NCBI RefSeq assembly: GCF_001112925.1
Contig: NZ_CPYD01000016.1
Span: 35,882 to 59,881, forward strand
Reading direction: 5' to 3'
Source: Yersinia nurmii
Lineage (GTDB): Bacteria > Pseudomonadota > Gammaproteobacteria > Enterobacterales > Enterobacteriaceae
Length of the DNA: 24,000 nt
In this document: piece by piece, positions 1-9,733 of the stretch
Position numbering within the stretch: the first letter of the stretch is position 1
Layout of the letters: each line of letters opens with the position of its first letter
Notes under the pieces: generated by a model
Database searches by the model: none
Told to the model about the DNA's origin: nothing
Seen by the model: the letters and a program-made list of their open reading frames with translations, nothing else
Position numbers and translations under genes: made by a program

Positions 1-106
1 TGTTCAGCCTATTCAGGGATTCTTTAAAAGATACGTTTGGTCGTTCACTATCATAAGCATGAGATTAACAGTTCAGGACACAAGCCAGTTAACCGCGACC
101 CGATTC

Positions 107-631
107 TCAGACAAAGTCGTCAAACAGACGGTCTTCCAACTGCTCAACCTGCTGCTGTAGTTTGTCCAGAAAACGGAGTTTTCGCACGGTATCCGCCGCA
201 TTGCTCCATTGCTGGTTATCCAGTTCCTGCACCATTTGCTCGCTACGTTTTTGGGTCATTACCGCCAAACGTGCGTTAAAAGCCGCTAATGCGCTTTCGG
301 CATCGGCCTGACGTTCAATGGCATCTAGCTCTTCCCGCAGTTCCAATTGTTCCATCAGAAACGCGGTATCACGCATGGTGTGCTGTTCATTGCTCAAATC
401 AAAACCCTGCAAAGATAACATATACTCTGCGCGTTTTAACGGATGCTTGAGAGTTTGATAGGCGTCGTTGATGGTCGCAGCCTGCTGCAAAGCCAGTAAA
501 CGCTCACGTTCTGGCTGACTAGCAAAGCGATCCGGATGGAATTGGCGTTGCAATTCCTGATAGCGGGAAGTGAGTTGGCTGGCGTCTACGAGATAGCGAG
601 CCGGCAGCCCGAATAAAGTAAAGTAATCCAT
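107..631 (-). CDS. hscB: Fe-S cluster assembly co-chaperone HscB (J-domain protein)
   Basis: 174-aa ORF with an N-terminal J-domain HPD motif ([10 protein letters not shown]). It is colinear with enterobacterial HscB as I recall it and lies downstream of iscA in the canonical isc order. Confidence 0.95.
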   Translation of the reverse strand: MDYFTLFGLPARYLVDASQLTSRYQELQRQFHPDRFASQPERERLLALQQAATINDAYQTLKHPLKRAEYMLSLQGFDLSNEQHTMRDTAFLMEQLELREELDAIERQADAESALAAFNARLAVMTQKRSEQMVQELDNQQWSNAADTVRKLRFLDKLQQQVEQLEDRLFDDFV

Positions 632-766
632 AGCATGCTCGGAAGTTGTCGTGTGGCTGAGTGAGGGGTTTATGCAGCTCCCTTCCCCACCTCAACAGCA
701 TGGAAGAGAGCCGGATAAATCAGCAAACGTCAGTATAGCGCTACGATATAAGGCAAAAACTAACGA

Positions 767-1090
767 TTAAACGTTAAAACTTTCACCGCATCCGCATTCA
801 CCGGAGACGTTTGGATTGTTGAACTTAAAGCCTTCGTTCAGCCCTTCTTTGACGAAATCCAGTTCGGTACCGTCCAGATAGACCATGCTTTTACCGTCGA
901 TGATCACTTTCACGCCTTTGTCTTCAAAAACGATATCGTCATCGTTCATTTCGTCAACAAATTCTAGTACATACGCCATACCGGAGCAGCCGGAGGTTCT
1001 TACGCCTAGGCGCAAACCCAAACCTTTACCACGGTGTTCCAAGAAGGCGCTGACACGTTGCGCAGCACTGTCGCTGATAGATATCGACAT
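767..1090 (-). CDS. iscA: A-type iron-sulfur cluster carrier IscA
   Basis: 107-aa ORF with the C-terminal CGCGESF cysteine motif plus an upstream Cys (RTSGCSG). Sits between iscU and hscB. Confidence 0.95.
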   Translation of the reverse strand: MSISISDSAAQRVSAFLEHRGKGLGLRLGVRTSGCSGMAYVLEFVDEMNDDDIVFEDKGVKVIIDGKSMVYLDGTELDFVKEGLNEGFKFNNPNVSGECGCGESFNV

Positions 1091-1153
1091 ACAACAACCT
1101 CATCTCTGAGAACCTGCCCAAACCACAGACAGGTTATTTATACTGATTTACAA

Positions 1154-1540
1154 CTACTTAGCGTTATGTTTGCTTTTGTAGTCGGCGATCGCTGCTTTAA
1201 TGGCATCTTCAGCCAGAATTGAGCAGTGGATTTTAACCGGCGGTAACTCCAGTTCTTCAGCGATTTGAGTGTTTTTGATCGCTTCAGCCTGATCGAGAGA
1301 CTTGCCTTTCATCCATTCGGTCACCAGCGAGCTGGAAGCAATGGCGGAACCGCAGCCGTAAGTTTTAAAGCGGGCGTCTTCAATAATCCCAGCTTCGTTA
1401 ACTTTAATCTGCAATTTCATCACATCGCCACAGGCCGGCGCGCCGACCATGCCGCTACCAACGGTTGGATCTTCGTTATCGAAAGAACCAACGTTACGTG
1501 GGTTTTCGTAATGATCTATTACTTTTTCGCTATAAGCCAT
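1154..1540 (-). CDS. iscU: Fe-S cluster scaffold IscU
   Basis: 128-aa ORF with conserved scaffold cysteines (GAPACGD, YGCGSAIASSS, LPPVKIHCS) and the LPPVK HscA-binding motif. Confidence 0.97.
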   Translation of the reverse strand: MAYSEKVIDHYENPRNVGSFDNEDPTVGSGMVGAPACGDVMKLQIKVNEAGIIEDARFKTYGCGSAIASSSLVTEWMKGKSLDQAEAIKNTQIAEELELPPVKIHCSILAEDAIKAAIADYKSKHNAK

Positions 1541-1570
1541 TTGAGTGCTCCTGAATCTGAAAGTCTGGAA

Positions 1571-2800
1571 TTAGTGATGTGACCATTCGATGCTGTTGAT
1601 ATCCACGCCCTGCTTGAACATGTCCCACAGTGGAGACAGATCACGCAGGCGACCGATGGATTTACGAACCAGCGCAATGGTGTAGTCGATCTCTTCTTCA
1701 GTAGTAAAACGGCCCAGGGAGAAACGGATGGAACTGTGTGCCAGTTCATCGCTCATACCCAGCGCGCGCAGCACGTAAGAAGGTTCCAGGCTTGCGGAGG
1801 TACAGGCTGAGCCTGAAGAAACAGCCAGGTCTTTCAGCGCCATAATCAGCGATTCACCTTCAACATAGTTGAAGCTGACGTTAAGAATGTTAGGTGCGCC
1901 ATTCTCTAAATCGCCGTTCAGGTAAACTTCTTCGATATCTTTCAGGCCATCCCACAGACGTTTGCGCAGTGAGGATAAACGCTTAGATTCGCTTTCCATC
2001 TCTTCTTTGGCAATACGGTAAGCTTCACCCATACCAACAATTTGGTGCACAGGCAAAGTACCGGAACGCATACCGCGCTCGTGACCGCCGCCGTGCTGCT
2101 GTGCTTCAATACGAATACGCGGTTTACGGCGAACGAACAGTGCGCCAATGCCCATCGGACCATAGATTTTATGGGCAGAGAAGGACATCAGATCCACTTT
2201 CAGTTTGCTCAGGTCGATAGGCAGTTTGCCTACGCTTTGAGTCGCATCGACGTGGAAAATGATCCCGCGGCTACGGCACATTTCACCAATAGCGGCGATA
2301 TCCTGCACCACACCGATTTCATTATTCACATGCATGATGGAAACCAAAATGGTGTCCTCACGCATCGCAGCTTCAAGCTGTTTGAGATCGATAATACCGT
2401 TGCTTTGCGGCGCCAGATAGGTCACTTCGAAACCTTCACGCTCCAACTGACGGCAGGTATCCAGCACAGCTTTATGTTCGGTTTTACAGGTGATGATGTG
2501 CTTGCCTTTCTTCTGATAGAAGTTGGCGGCACCTTTAATGGCAAGGTTGTTTGATTCTGTGGCACCCGAAGTGAACACAATTTCACGTGGGTCAGCACCG
2601 ACCAGCGCTGCGATGTCGTTACGTGCGATATCAACGGCTTCCTCTGCCTGCCACCCAAAACGGTGGGAGCGGGAGGCCGGGTTGCCGAAGATACCGTCCA
2701 AAGTCAAATACTGCATCATCTTTTCAGCAACACGCGGATCGACTGGCGTTGTGGCTGAATAATCCAGATAGATCGGCGTTTTTACTTTTGATTCGGTCAT
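1571..2800 (-). CDS. iscS: Cysteine desulfurase IscS (PLP-dependent)
   Basis: 409-aa ORF with the PLP-lysine context [10 protein letters not shown] and the active-site Cys loop SSGSACTS. Near-identical in blocks to E. coli IscS, with a 5-residue longer N-terminus. Confidence 0.97.
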   Translation of the reverse strand: MTESKVKTPIYLDYSATTPVDPRVAEKMMQYLTLDGIFGNPASRSHRFGWQAEEAVDIARNDIAALVGADPREIVFTSGATESNNLAIKGAANFYQKKGKHIITCKTEHKAVLDTCRQLEREGFEVTYLAPQSNGIIDLKQLEAAMREDTILVSIMHVNNEIGVVQDIAAIGEMCRSRGIIFHVDATQSVGKLPIDLSKLKVDLMSFSAHKIYGPMGIGALFVRRKPRIRIEAQQHGGGHERGMRSGTLPVHQIVGMGEAYRIAKEEMESESKRLSSLRKRLWDGLKDIEEVYLNGDLENGAPNILNVSFNYVEGESLIMALKDLAVSSGSACTSASLEPSYVLRALGMSDELAHSSIRFSLGRFTTEEEIDYTIALVRKSIGRLRDLSPLWDMFKQGVDINSIEWSHH

Positions 2801-2854
2801 TGCTCTTATGCTCCGTACATCACTTCCAAAAACTGAAGATCCCGCAGACTCTGC

Positions 2855-3349
2855 TTATGCACGCAGATTGACGTTAATCGTCTCTTGCGGTCGGCCGTTG
2901 GCCGTACGACGCGTATCGTTGTTCTGACGATCCGCTACTTCCAAAATATCTTGATTATTGACCAGTTCCGCCAATGTGATGTTGTTCAGGAAGCTGCTGA
3001 TACGCTCGCTCAAATCGCGCCACAGCGTATGGGTCAGGCAACGATCGCCCCCCTGGCAGCCTTCTTTACCCTGACAACGGGTTGCATCGACAGATTCGTC
3101 TACGGCAGTAATGACCGCGCCTACGGCGATCTGGCCTGCGTCTTTACCCAGCAGGTAACCGCCGCCCGGACCACGTACGCTTGCAACCAAGCCATTCTTG
3201 CGCAGACGTGAAAAGAGTTGTTCCAGATAAGATAACGAGATTCCTTGACGTTCAGAAATATCTGCCAGAGGTACTGGCCCGTCCTGGGAATGTAATGCCA
3301 CGTCAAGCATGGCGGTCACGGCATAACGACCTTTGGATGTCAGTCTCAT
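2855..3349 (-). CDS. iscR: Rrf2-family Fe-S regulator IscR
   Basis: 164-aa ORF starting [20 protein letters not shown] (Rrf2 wHTH). Carries the cluster-ligand motif [16 protein letters not shown]. It is the first gene of the isc operon. Confidence 0.97.
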   Translation of the reverse strand: MRLTSKGRYAVTAMLDVALHSQDGPVPLADISERQGISLSYLEQLFSRLRKNGLVASVRGPGGGYLLGKDAGQIAVGAVITAVDESVDATRCQGKEGCQGGDRCLTHTLWRDLSERISSFLNNITLAELVNNQDILEVADRQNNDTRRTANGRPQETINVNLRA

Positions 3350-3391
3350 AGCTTAAAATTACCTGTTGGTGAAACGAGCTAGAATTCTGCC

Positions 3392-3441
3392 ATTCTTGAG
3401 TGTTTTAGTCAACTATTTAACCCAGTAATTCACTCAAGTAT
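3392..3441 (-). promoter_or_regulatory. Two abutting IscR type-1 operator sites in the iscR promoter
   Basis: Read on the minus strand, 3416..3392 is ATAGTTGACTAAAACACTCAAGAAT. It matches the type-1 consensus ATASYYGACTRWWWYAGTCRRSTAT at 23/25 positions by hand count. 3441..3417 is ATACTTGAGTGAATTACTGGGTTAA, about 20/25. The sites end 43 bp upstream of the iscR ATG, as in the autoregulated E. coli promoter. Confidence 0.7.
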
Positions 3442-3504
3442 TTTATGCCTCGTTATCCTTATATGTTGGTTCCATATACTCATATATAAATATGATATAT
3501 ATGA

Positions 3505-4278
3505 CTATTCTTTATCTTTCGCCATTTTGGCGTTGTTGGCGCTTTTCTGGTGTTTATCCTGTTTTTCGATCGATGTGAGCATTCCACGTAGGATATTAAG
3601 CTCTTGTGTTTCCGGCCTAGCGCGGGTAAACAGACGGCGTAATTTGCTCATAATCTGCCCCGGATGTGCCTGACGAATAAAGCCGGTGTGGGACAGAACC
3701 TGTTCCAAATGCTGGTAAAAACGCTCCAGATCGTCGACCAGCGGATAAGGCGCCTCTTCCTCTTCCTGCTTAGGTGCGATTTCTGCCTGACGATCGAGGA
3801 AGGCCACCCGAACTTCATAAGCCAGAATCTGCACAGCCATCGCCAGATTCAACGAGCTGTATTCTGGATTTGCCGGGATTGCCACGTGGTAATGACATTT
3901 CTGTAGCTCATCGTTAGTCAGCCCCACGCGTTCACGGCCAAACACCAGCGCCACTGGTGCATGCTCGGCTTCACGTGCGCTGCGAACGCCGCATTCGCGC
4001 GGTTCCAGCATCGGCCACGGCAAAGTACGAGAGCGAGCGCTAGTGCCAACGACTAGGCTGCAACCAGCCAGAGCCTCATCCAGAGTGTCAACGATGGTGG
4101 CATTGCCGATAACATCGCTGGCACCCGCAGATAGCGCTATGGCCTGAGAATCAGGTTTTACCAATGGATTGACCAAATACAAATTGGTTAAGCCCATGGT
4201 TTTCATGGCTCTGGCGGTGGAGCCCATGTTTCCGGTGTGAGAAGTTTCAACCAAAACAATGCGAATATTGTGCAACAT
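3505..4278 (-). CDS. trmJ: tRNA (cytidine/uridine-2'-O)-methyltransferase TrmJ (SpoU/TrmH family)
   Basis: The ORF track gives 3505..4311. Alignment to E. coli TrmJ ([20 protein letters not shown]...) supports the internal ATG at 4278 ([20 protein letters not shown]). High block identity throughout. Confidence 0.93.
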   Translation of the reverse strand: MLHNIRIVLVETSHTGNMGSTARAMKTMGLTNLYLVNPLVKPDSQAIALSAGASDVIGNATIVDTLDEALAGCSLVVGTSARSRTLPWPMLEPRECGVRSAREAEHAPVALVFGRERVGLTNDELQKCHYHVAIPANPEYSSLNLAMAVQILAYEVRVAFLDRQAEIAPKQEEEEAPYPLVDDLERFYQHLEQVLSHTGFIRQAHPGQIMSKLRRLFTRARPETQELNILRGMLTSIEKQDKHQKSANNAKMAKDKE

Positions 4279-4397
4279 ACAAACTCTGAGGGTAGCGGGG
4301 TATCGCAACATCTTAACACAAACGTAGGCATTTATCAGATCCCCTGCTATACTATGCGCCGTTTCTCGTTCTTTAACATCCTAGTTGGAAGATACCC

Positions 4398-5201
4398 ATG
4401 CATCCGATGCTGACTATCGCCATACGCGCTGCGCGTAAGGCCGGTAACCTGATTGCCAAAAATTATGAAACCCCGGACGCTGTCGAAGCGAGCCAGAAAG
4501 GCAGTAATGACTTTGTTACTAACGTTGACCGTGACGCAGAACATCTGATCATTGACGTTATCCGTAAATCTTATCCAAAACACACCATTATTAGTGAAGA
4601 ATGTGGTGAATTACTTGGTGAAGAGTACGAAACTCAATGGGTTATCGATCCACTGGATGGCACCTCAAATTTCATCAAACGTTTCCCACATTTCGCTGTT
4701 TCCATTGCTGTGCGCATCAAAGGCCGCACTGAAGTGGCTGTGGTTTACGATCCAATGCGTAATGAACTGTTCACCGCCACTCGCGGTCAAGGCGCTCAGC
4801 TGAACGGTTACCGCCTGCGTGGTACTAACGCGAAAGAACTGGATGGCACCATTCTGGCGACCGGTTTCCCGTTCAAAGTAAAACAACACGCACCGGCCTA
4901 CATTAATGTATTAGGTAAGCTATTTACCCAATGTGCTGATATTCGTCGCACGGGTTCTGCCGCGCTGGATCTGGCTTACGTTGCCGCTGGCCGCGTAGAC
5001 GGTTTCTTCGAAATTGGCCTGAAACCTTGGGATTTCGCCGGTGGCGAACTGCTGGTTCGTGAAGCAGGTGGTATCGTGACCGACTTCGTTGGCGGCCATA
5101 ACCATTTCAGCTCTGGTAACATTGTTGCCGGTAACCCGCGCGTAGTGAAATCTATGTTGCAGGCAATGAGCGATGAATTGAGTGAAGCGCTGAAGCGTTA
5201 A
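4398..5201 (+). CDS. suhB: Inositol monophosphatase family protein SuhB
   Basis: 267-aa ORF with IMPase motifs (WVIDPLDGTSNF, WDFAGGELLVREAGG). Divergent from trmJ, as in E. coli. Confidence 0.95.
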   Translation: MHPMLTIAIRAARKAGNLIAKNYETPDAVEASQKGSNDFVTNVDRDAEHLIIDVIRKSYPKHTIISEECGELLGEEYETQWVIDPLDGTSNFIKRFPHFAVSIAVRIKGRTEVAVVYDPMRNELFTATRGQGAQLNGYRLRGTNAKELDGTILATGFPFKVKQHAPAYINVLGKLFTQCADIRRTGSAALDLAYVAAGRVDGFFEIGLKPWDFAGGELLVREAGGIVTDFVGGHNHFSSGNIVAGNPRVVKSMLQAMSDELSEALKR

Positions 5202-5225
5202 TTTTCAGCCCTCATTAAGAATTGT

Positions 5226-5259
5226 AATGCCAGTCGGTTAACGCTGACTGGCATTTTTT
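5226..5259 (+). terminator. Rho-independent terminator of suhB
   Basis: Perfect 10-bp stem AATGCCAGTC (5226-5235) / GACTGGCATT (5246-5255), followed by a T-run to 5259. Lies 25 bp after the suhB stop. Confidence 0.75.
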
Positions 5260-5270
5260 ATGGTTAGAAT

Positions 5271-6290
5271 TCAGCGACCAAATGGACGAACGCCTCCCAT
5301 CATGGACGGCTGGCTGGAAAGATAAAGCAATACTCCAGCGAAGAGTAAAATAATTCCTCCAGCCAATGCTAAAGTGGCCCAAGCGATGCTTCCCCACGCT
5401 GCCGGTGCGCGATCCCGACTCAAACGCACCGCTAACTGACGGGCGTAGTGAACAAACAGCGCCAACAGCGAAATTGTTAGTGAAGTTCCTAACGCCATCG
5501 CCAGCGCCGACGCAATTCCCCAAACATATACCCCGATAACTTTAGCAAACAGCAATATCATAATCGCCCCGGAACAGGGTCGCATGCCCATCGCCAGTAT
5601 CACCGCCAAACGGGTGCGCCAATCGTTACCCGCCTGCAATTCCTCATCGCTGGGAAGATGTCGATGCCCGCAGCCGCAGTTTTCATTATGTACATGATCG
5701 GCGGGTAAAGGTTGCAGACGCTGGATAGAGATTTTCTTCGGTTTTAGTCGAGTGACTTGGCGATAAAGCCGTCTTAAGGCGCGGAAACACAGTAACAACC
5801 CCAACAGGATAACCAGTAAAAAGCTGCCCTTTTCCATCCAGTAACTGCTTTGATGTAAATAACGGGAGGATAATTGGAACACGCCTAATATCAGCGAGAC
5901 CAAAGCTATTGCCACTCCGCCCTGTAATAGTGAGGCTAAAAATGTCAGTTTCAGGCTGCTTTTCAGCCGCGCTGGATGCGTAGCCAGATAAGTCACAATG
6001 ACCACTTTTCCGTGACCGGGGCCAACCGCATGCAACACACCGTAAATCAGGCTGAAAAACATCAGCCCTAACCCCATTTGATGCGGATTAGCTTTTACCT
6101 GTTGCAATAGCTGCGCCATTTGCTGGTGCATGGTTTTTTGCCATACCACGCTTTTAAACAGCAACTCAGGCCAGTACGACCAAGCCAGTTGTGCTGCCAG
6201 CGCCAAACACAACAGGAACAATACCAAGGGCCAAAGATGAACGAACCAGTGCTTTTGACGGCGGGTTGCCGGGGTAAAACTTACTGACAT
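5271..6290 (-). CDS. NicO/RcnA-like (COG2215) metal-ion transporter permease
   Basis: 339-aa polytopic membrane ORF with the signature HAVGPGHGK in an early TM segment. A central His/Cys-rich loop (PADHVHNENCGCGHRH) is present. The start overlaps the upstream DUF1007 gene by 10 nt. Confidence 0.85.
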   Translation of the reverse strand: MSVSFTPATRRQKHWFVHLWPLVLFLLCLALAAQLAWSYWPELLFKSVVWQKTMHQQMAQLLQQVKANPHQMGLGLMFFSLIYGVLHAVGPGHGKVVIVTYLATHPARLKSSLKLTFLASLLQGGVAIALVSLILGVFQLSSRYLHQSSYWMEKGSFLLVILLGLLLCFRALRRLYRQVTRLKPKKISIQRLQPLPADHVHNENCGCGHRHLPSDEELQAGNDWRTRLAVILAMGMRPCSGAIMILLFAKVIGVYVWGIASALAMALGTSLTISLLALFVHYARQLAVRLSRDRAPAAWGSIAWATLALAGGIILLFAGVLLYLSSQPSMMGGVRPFGR

Positions 6291-6955
6291 TGTAGAGTTA
6301 TCCGTTGGGCAAATTGTTTTCCTAAAGCCATATCCTCCCCAGGGGAGTCTTCCTTATCTAGCGACAAGGCGTAGGCCTGTAACGATGCGTCCGGATTTGG
6401 GGTAAATAAAGTGGCCTGACAACTCTTCGTCCATTCAATTGGTAAATGAACTGCGGCCTGATCCGGGTAAGTCATGTCGACAAAATACGTTGGATCGTAA
6501 GTCAAAATTGTAAAAGGCTTACCGATCATCGGCTGCGGCTCGGCTAAAGGCATCACGAATTCTAATACCGCCTGATGCCCTTTGCGGGACAAATGGTATT
6601 CCGTCGGTAAATTCAGGTATTTCACCGGCTTTCCATCGCGGTAAATATCGGTGAAATAGTGCTGTCCCAAGACGTTAGCCATGACTTCTGCCGCCAGTTT
6701 CTTCCAGATTTCCGAGTCACTTTTGGCATTTTCTGCGTCATAAAGTAAATCGGCGGAGGTAATTTCATCCATCGTCCACACCATTTTCATGCCGGTCAGT
6801 TTCTGGTTATCCACCACAAAAGTGGTTTCCATCTCGATAAAACTGTGTGGATGAGCCAGCCCTGACGCGCTATACAGTAACGCCGCCAAGCCAATAAATA
6901 GTCCCCGAATATATTTACACGGCGCATGATTGTTATAACATAACATATTGAACAT
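6281..6955 (-). CDS. DUF1007 (COG3683) periplasmic metal-binding partner protein
   Basis: 224-aa ORF with a signal-peptide-like N-terminus (KYIRGLFIGLAALLYSASGLA) and a predicted mature N-terminus HPHSF. Paired with a NicO-like permease, which is typical for this family. The start codon is ambiguous (6955 or 6946). AAGGG lies 7 nt upstream of 6955. Confidence 0.8.
   Translation of the reverse strand: MFNMLCYNNHAPCKYIRGLFIGLAALLYSASGLAHPHSFIEMETTFVVDNQKLTGMKMVWTMDEITSADLLYDAENAKSDSEIWKKLAAEVMANVLGQHYFTDIYRDGKPVKYLNLPTEYHLSRKGHQAVLEFVMPLAEPQPMIGKPFTILTYDPTYFVDMTYPDQAAVHLPIEWTKSCQATLFTPNPDASLQAYALSLDKEDSPGEDMALGKQFAQRITLQCQ
6928..6949. promoter_or_regulatory. Zur-box-like palindrome TGTTAT-N3-ATAACA
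   Basis: 6931-6945 reads TGTTATAACATAACA. These are perfect 6-bp inverted arms with a 3-nt spacer. There is one mismatch to the core of the gammaproteobacterial Zur consensus (GAAATGTTATAWTATAACATTTC). It lies over codons 4-9 of the longest DUF1007 ORF. Confidence 0.5.
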
Positions 6956-7097
6956 CTATCAACCCTTGGATTTACAGCAATTATTGTGATGTAAGTTGTA
7001 ACCCGATGTAAAAGCTATCGCGGCAAGCGCGCTGGTTTTCCCACTTTTGCTATGCTTAGCCTGATAAATACCAATCAAACTTACTTCAGAAGGTTTT

Positions 7098-8369
7098 ATG
7101 AGCCTAGACACTACACCAGTGCCTGAGCTCTCCGGTCAACAGCGCCGTTGTCATGCGTTATTGCTGCTGTTTACTCCGACATTGCCGGTAAAACTGGAGA
7201 CTATCAGTCAATTAAATGGCGTCGGGCTTCCGACCACCCGGCAAGATATAGCCGAGGTGGCGAACGAAATCCAGCGTTTCTATCATCTGGATATTCGTAC
7301 CAATCCGGCTGAGGACTGCCAACTACAAGGAACGTTACTGAATAAACGGCTGTGCCTGATTCATTGGCTACGCCGAGGGCTACGCTATTGTCCCGAGTTT
7401 ATCGATAATAACTTTGTGCCTGCGTTACATCAGGCGCTGCAATGGCAAGGTGAAAATGCCGTATTACCGCCGCTACAAGCTATCGTTGAACAATGTGAAC
7501 ATCATTTGCCTCGCCCGTTGGACGAACGTGACCGCTATTTTTTGCAGATTTACCTGGCCTACGCGGTTTGGGAAAATCAACAACAAAGCTACCCACAGTT
7601 AGAACAGCAGCAGGTGACATGGTTGAGCCAAAAGGTAGAACTGACCGCCGCCGAGAGCCTGTTTTACACCCTGAATAATCAGCTTCCCCAACCATTAGCC
7701 AGCAGCGAGCGGGATGTGTTTATCCTGACGTTGACCATGATTAAAGCGCATAGCTACAGCAGCAACCATTCCCCGGAAGACGCTCGCCTGATGGATTCCA
7801 TTCATCGATTGATTGAACGCTTTCAACAGATTTCCGGAATGGTATTCAGCAGTGACGATGAGTTAATTAGCCAACTATTTGCTCATTTGGCTCCAGCAAT
7901 CGAGCGCTGCCGTTTTCATATTGGCGTGGATAATATTTTACTGGATGAAATTAGCAGCAAGTATCCGCGCTTGTTACGGACGACTCGCGAAGCTTTAACC
8001 GATTTTGAACGGGAATATCAGATTGAATTTTCGGCCGATGAGCTAGGGCTGATAGCCATTAGCTTTGGTGCCTGGCTGATGCAGGGCAATGCGTTACAAG
8101 AAAAACAGATTTTACTGCTAACCGACGGGAATCCTGAGTTGGAGCAGCGCGTAGAACAGCAACTACGTGAACTAACGCTACTCCCCCTGTATATCAAATA
8201 CTTATCTTATTCTGAATACCTAAAATCTGGCGCTCCGCCCGGTGCTAATCTAGTAATTTCCCCCTATAAAAGAGAAGCACCCGAGCCAACGCCGCCGTTA
8301 ATTCAGGTGCTTTTACCGCTAACAAAAGCAGATCAGATCGCTATTCGTCGTTGGCTGGAAACGCCTTAA
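7098..8369 (+). CDS. csiE: Stationary-phase inducible protein CsiE (PRD-domain protein)
   Basis: 423-aa ORF sharing blocks with E. coli CsiE as recalled (QRRC...LL, RLCLxHWLRRG, YPRLxRTTR, FGAWLMQ, QQLRELTLLPL). GAAGG RBS upstream. Confidence 0.85.
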   Translation: MSLDTTPVPELSGQQRRCHALLLLFTPTLPVKLETISQLNGVGLPTTRQDIAEVANEIQRFYHLDIRTNPAEDCQLQGTLLNKRLCLIHWLRRGLRYCPEFIDNNFVPALHQALQWQGENAVLPPLQAIVEQCEHHLPRPLDERDRYFLQIYLAYAVWENQQQSYPQLEQQQVTWLSQKVELTAAESLFYTLNNQLPQPLASSERDVFILTLTMIKAHSYSSNHSPEDARLMDSIHRLIERFQQISGMVFSSDDELISQLFAHLAPAIERCRFHIGVDNILLDEISSKYPRLLRTTREALTDFEREYQIEFSADELGLIAISFGAWLMQGNALQEKQILLLTDGNPELEQRVEQQLRELTLLPLYIKYLSYSEYLKSGAPPGANLVISPYKREAPEPTPPLIQVLLPLTKADQIAIRRWLETP

Positions 8370-9523
8370 TCCGCCAGATCTTCTGGGTTAGCCACCACTT
8401 TTGGCCGGATAAATAGAGCCGGTACGGCCACCAGCGCCATCACCCAGAATACGCCGCCCTGAATATGTTCAAACAGGAAGCCGGAAATCACCGTCATCAC
8501 CGCAATCCCTCCTCCCATCGCCAACCCAGAGTAAACGGATTGCAGACGAATCACGTCCGCGCCACGGCGAGCGGCGATAAAGCGCATTGCCGCTAGGTGG
8601 CAAACGGTAAAGGAGCCGCAGTGTAAAATCTGAATCAGCAACAGCCAATGCAGCTCGGTAGTCGATGCCATCAGGCCCCAGCGAATAATCCCGCTGATAG
8701 CGGAAAGCAACAGCAGGCCGCGCGCCGTCCAGCGGCGGAATAGCACATTACTGAAAGCGAAGACCAGAATCTCGGCCACCACGCCCAACGACCACAGATA
8801 ACCGATAGTCGCCGCCGAATAACCGGCTTCTTTCCAGTAAATTGCGCTAAAGCTGTAGTAACCCGCATGAGCGCCTTGCAACAGCGTCACGCACAGCAAA
8901 AATCGCCAGACCGGCCCTTCAGACAGCAAGGTTTTCCACTTAGTCGCCGGTACTGTATTGCTACGAATCTCGCCTTTAGGCATCACGCTCGGACGTAATA
9001 AGACGCCCAGAAGCATCGCTGCTACCGCGACGGTCAGGCTATAAAGAATCGCGTTATGTCCCCAAACAGATACCAGTTTGCCGGTCAACGCTGAACCAAT
9101 GACAAACGCCAGCGACCCCCACAGACGTACCTTGCCATAATCCATTGAGATCTGTTTTTGCCAGGTCGCTGCCAGCGCATCGGTCAGAGGAACCAGCGGG
9201 CCGAAAAACAGGTTAAAACCGGCAATAACTATCATCAACCATGCCCAGCCGCTGCCAAACCAAAAACCAATGGCAAATGCCAGCGTCAGCAAAGCCAGAA
9301 TTCTTAGTGCAGTAACCAGATGGGAGGGATTTTTCACGCTAGGGGCAATAATTAAACTGCCGAGAAAGCGAGAAACCAGACCCGCACCTAACAAGATACC
9401 GATGGTTTCCGGCGGAATGCCTTCACCTTGTAACCACACACTCCAAAAAGGCAGGAAAATACCGTAAGAAAAGAAGTAGGTGAAATAACTGAGCGCCAGC
9501 CAGCGTGTTGATTGCAATACCAT
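8366..9523 (-). CDS. hcaT: MFS transporter HcaT (3-phenylpropionate transporter family)
   Basis: 385-aa ORF. The N-terminus MVLQSTRWLALSYFTYFFSYGIFLPFWSVWL is nearly identical to E. coli HcaT, and the rest is colinear. Confidence 0.9.
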   Translation of the reverse strand: MVLQSTRWLALSYFTYFFSYGIFLPFWSVWLQGEGIPPETIGILLGAGLVSRFLGSLIIAPSVKNPSHLVTALRILALLTLAFAIGFWFGSGWAWLMIVIAGFNLFFGPLVPLTDALAATWQKQISMDYGKVRLWGSLAFVIGSALTGKLVSVWGHNAILYSLTVAVAAMLLGVLLRPSVMPKGEIRSNTVPATKWKTLLSEGPVWRFLLCVTLLQGAHAGYYSFSAIYWKEAGYSAATIGYLWSLGVVAEILVFAFSNVLFRRWTARGLLLLSAISGIIRWGLMASTTELHWLLLIQILHCGSFTVCHLAAMRFIAARRGADVIRLQSVYSGLAMGGGIAVMTVISGFLFEHIQGGVFWVMALVAVPALFIRPKVVANPEDLAD

Positions 9524-9680
9524 AATCCCTCCGGAGTCAGCCAGATACTGTGACAGAGCCCTTCTTCGCTAGCAACCGAGTAATCATCCAAACAACTAGT
9601 TTGCAAGCCATCTCACATCACGAATGAAAAAATTCTCTTTTATCTGGCGTTTCCGCTTTATTCATTACCGGATATCTGAT

Positions 9681-9706
9681 GAAAAAAAACCCGCCGAAGC
9701 GGGTTT
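9681..9706 (-). terminator. Rho-independent terminator of glyA
   Basis: Stem AAACCCGC / GCGGGTTT with a 4-nt CGAA loop on the + strand (9687-9706, TTCG on the minus strand). On the minus strand it is followed by a run of 8 T (9682-9689). Lies 28 bp after the glyA stop. Confidence 0.85.
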
Positions 9707-9733
9707 GATGACAACAATATAAATTCGCTGAAA

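Noticed and set aside
1-106. Non-coding stretch downstream of hscB in which hscA would normally begin within a few tens of bp. A possible inserted repeat element.
   Set aside because: I found no HscA-like start (MALLQISEPG) and no similarity to ERIC/REP-type elements I can recall. The region is truncated by the window edge, so nothing can be concluded.
632-766. 135-bp iscA-hscB spacer with an imperfect G/C-rich hairpin (TGAGGGG...CCCCACCTCA). A possible attenuator or sRNA target.
   Set aside because: The stem needs a 2-nt bulge and there is no U-tract. I cannot distinguish it from chance without conservation data.
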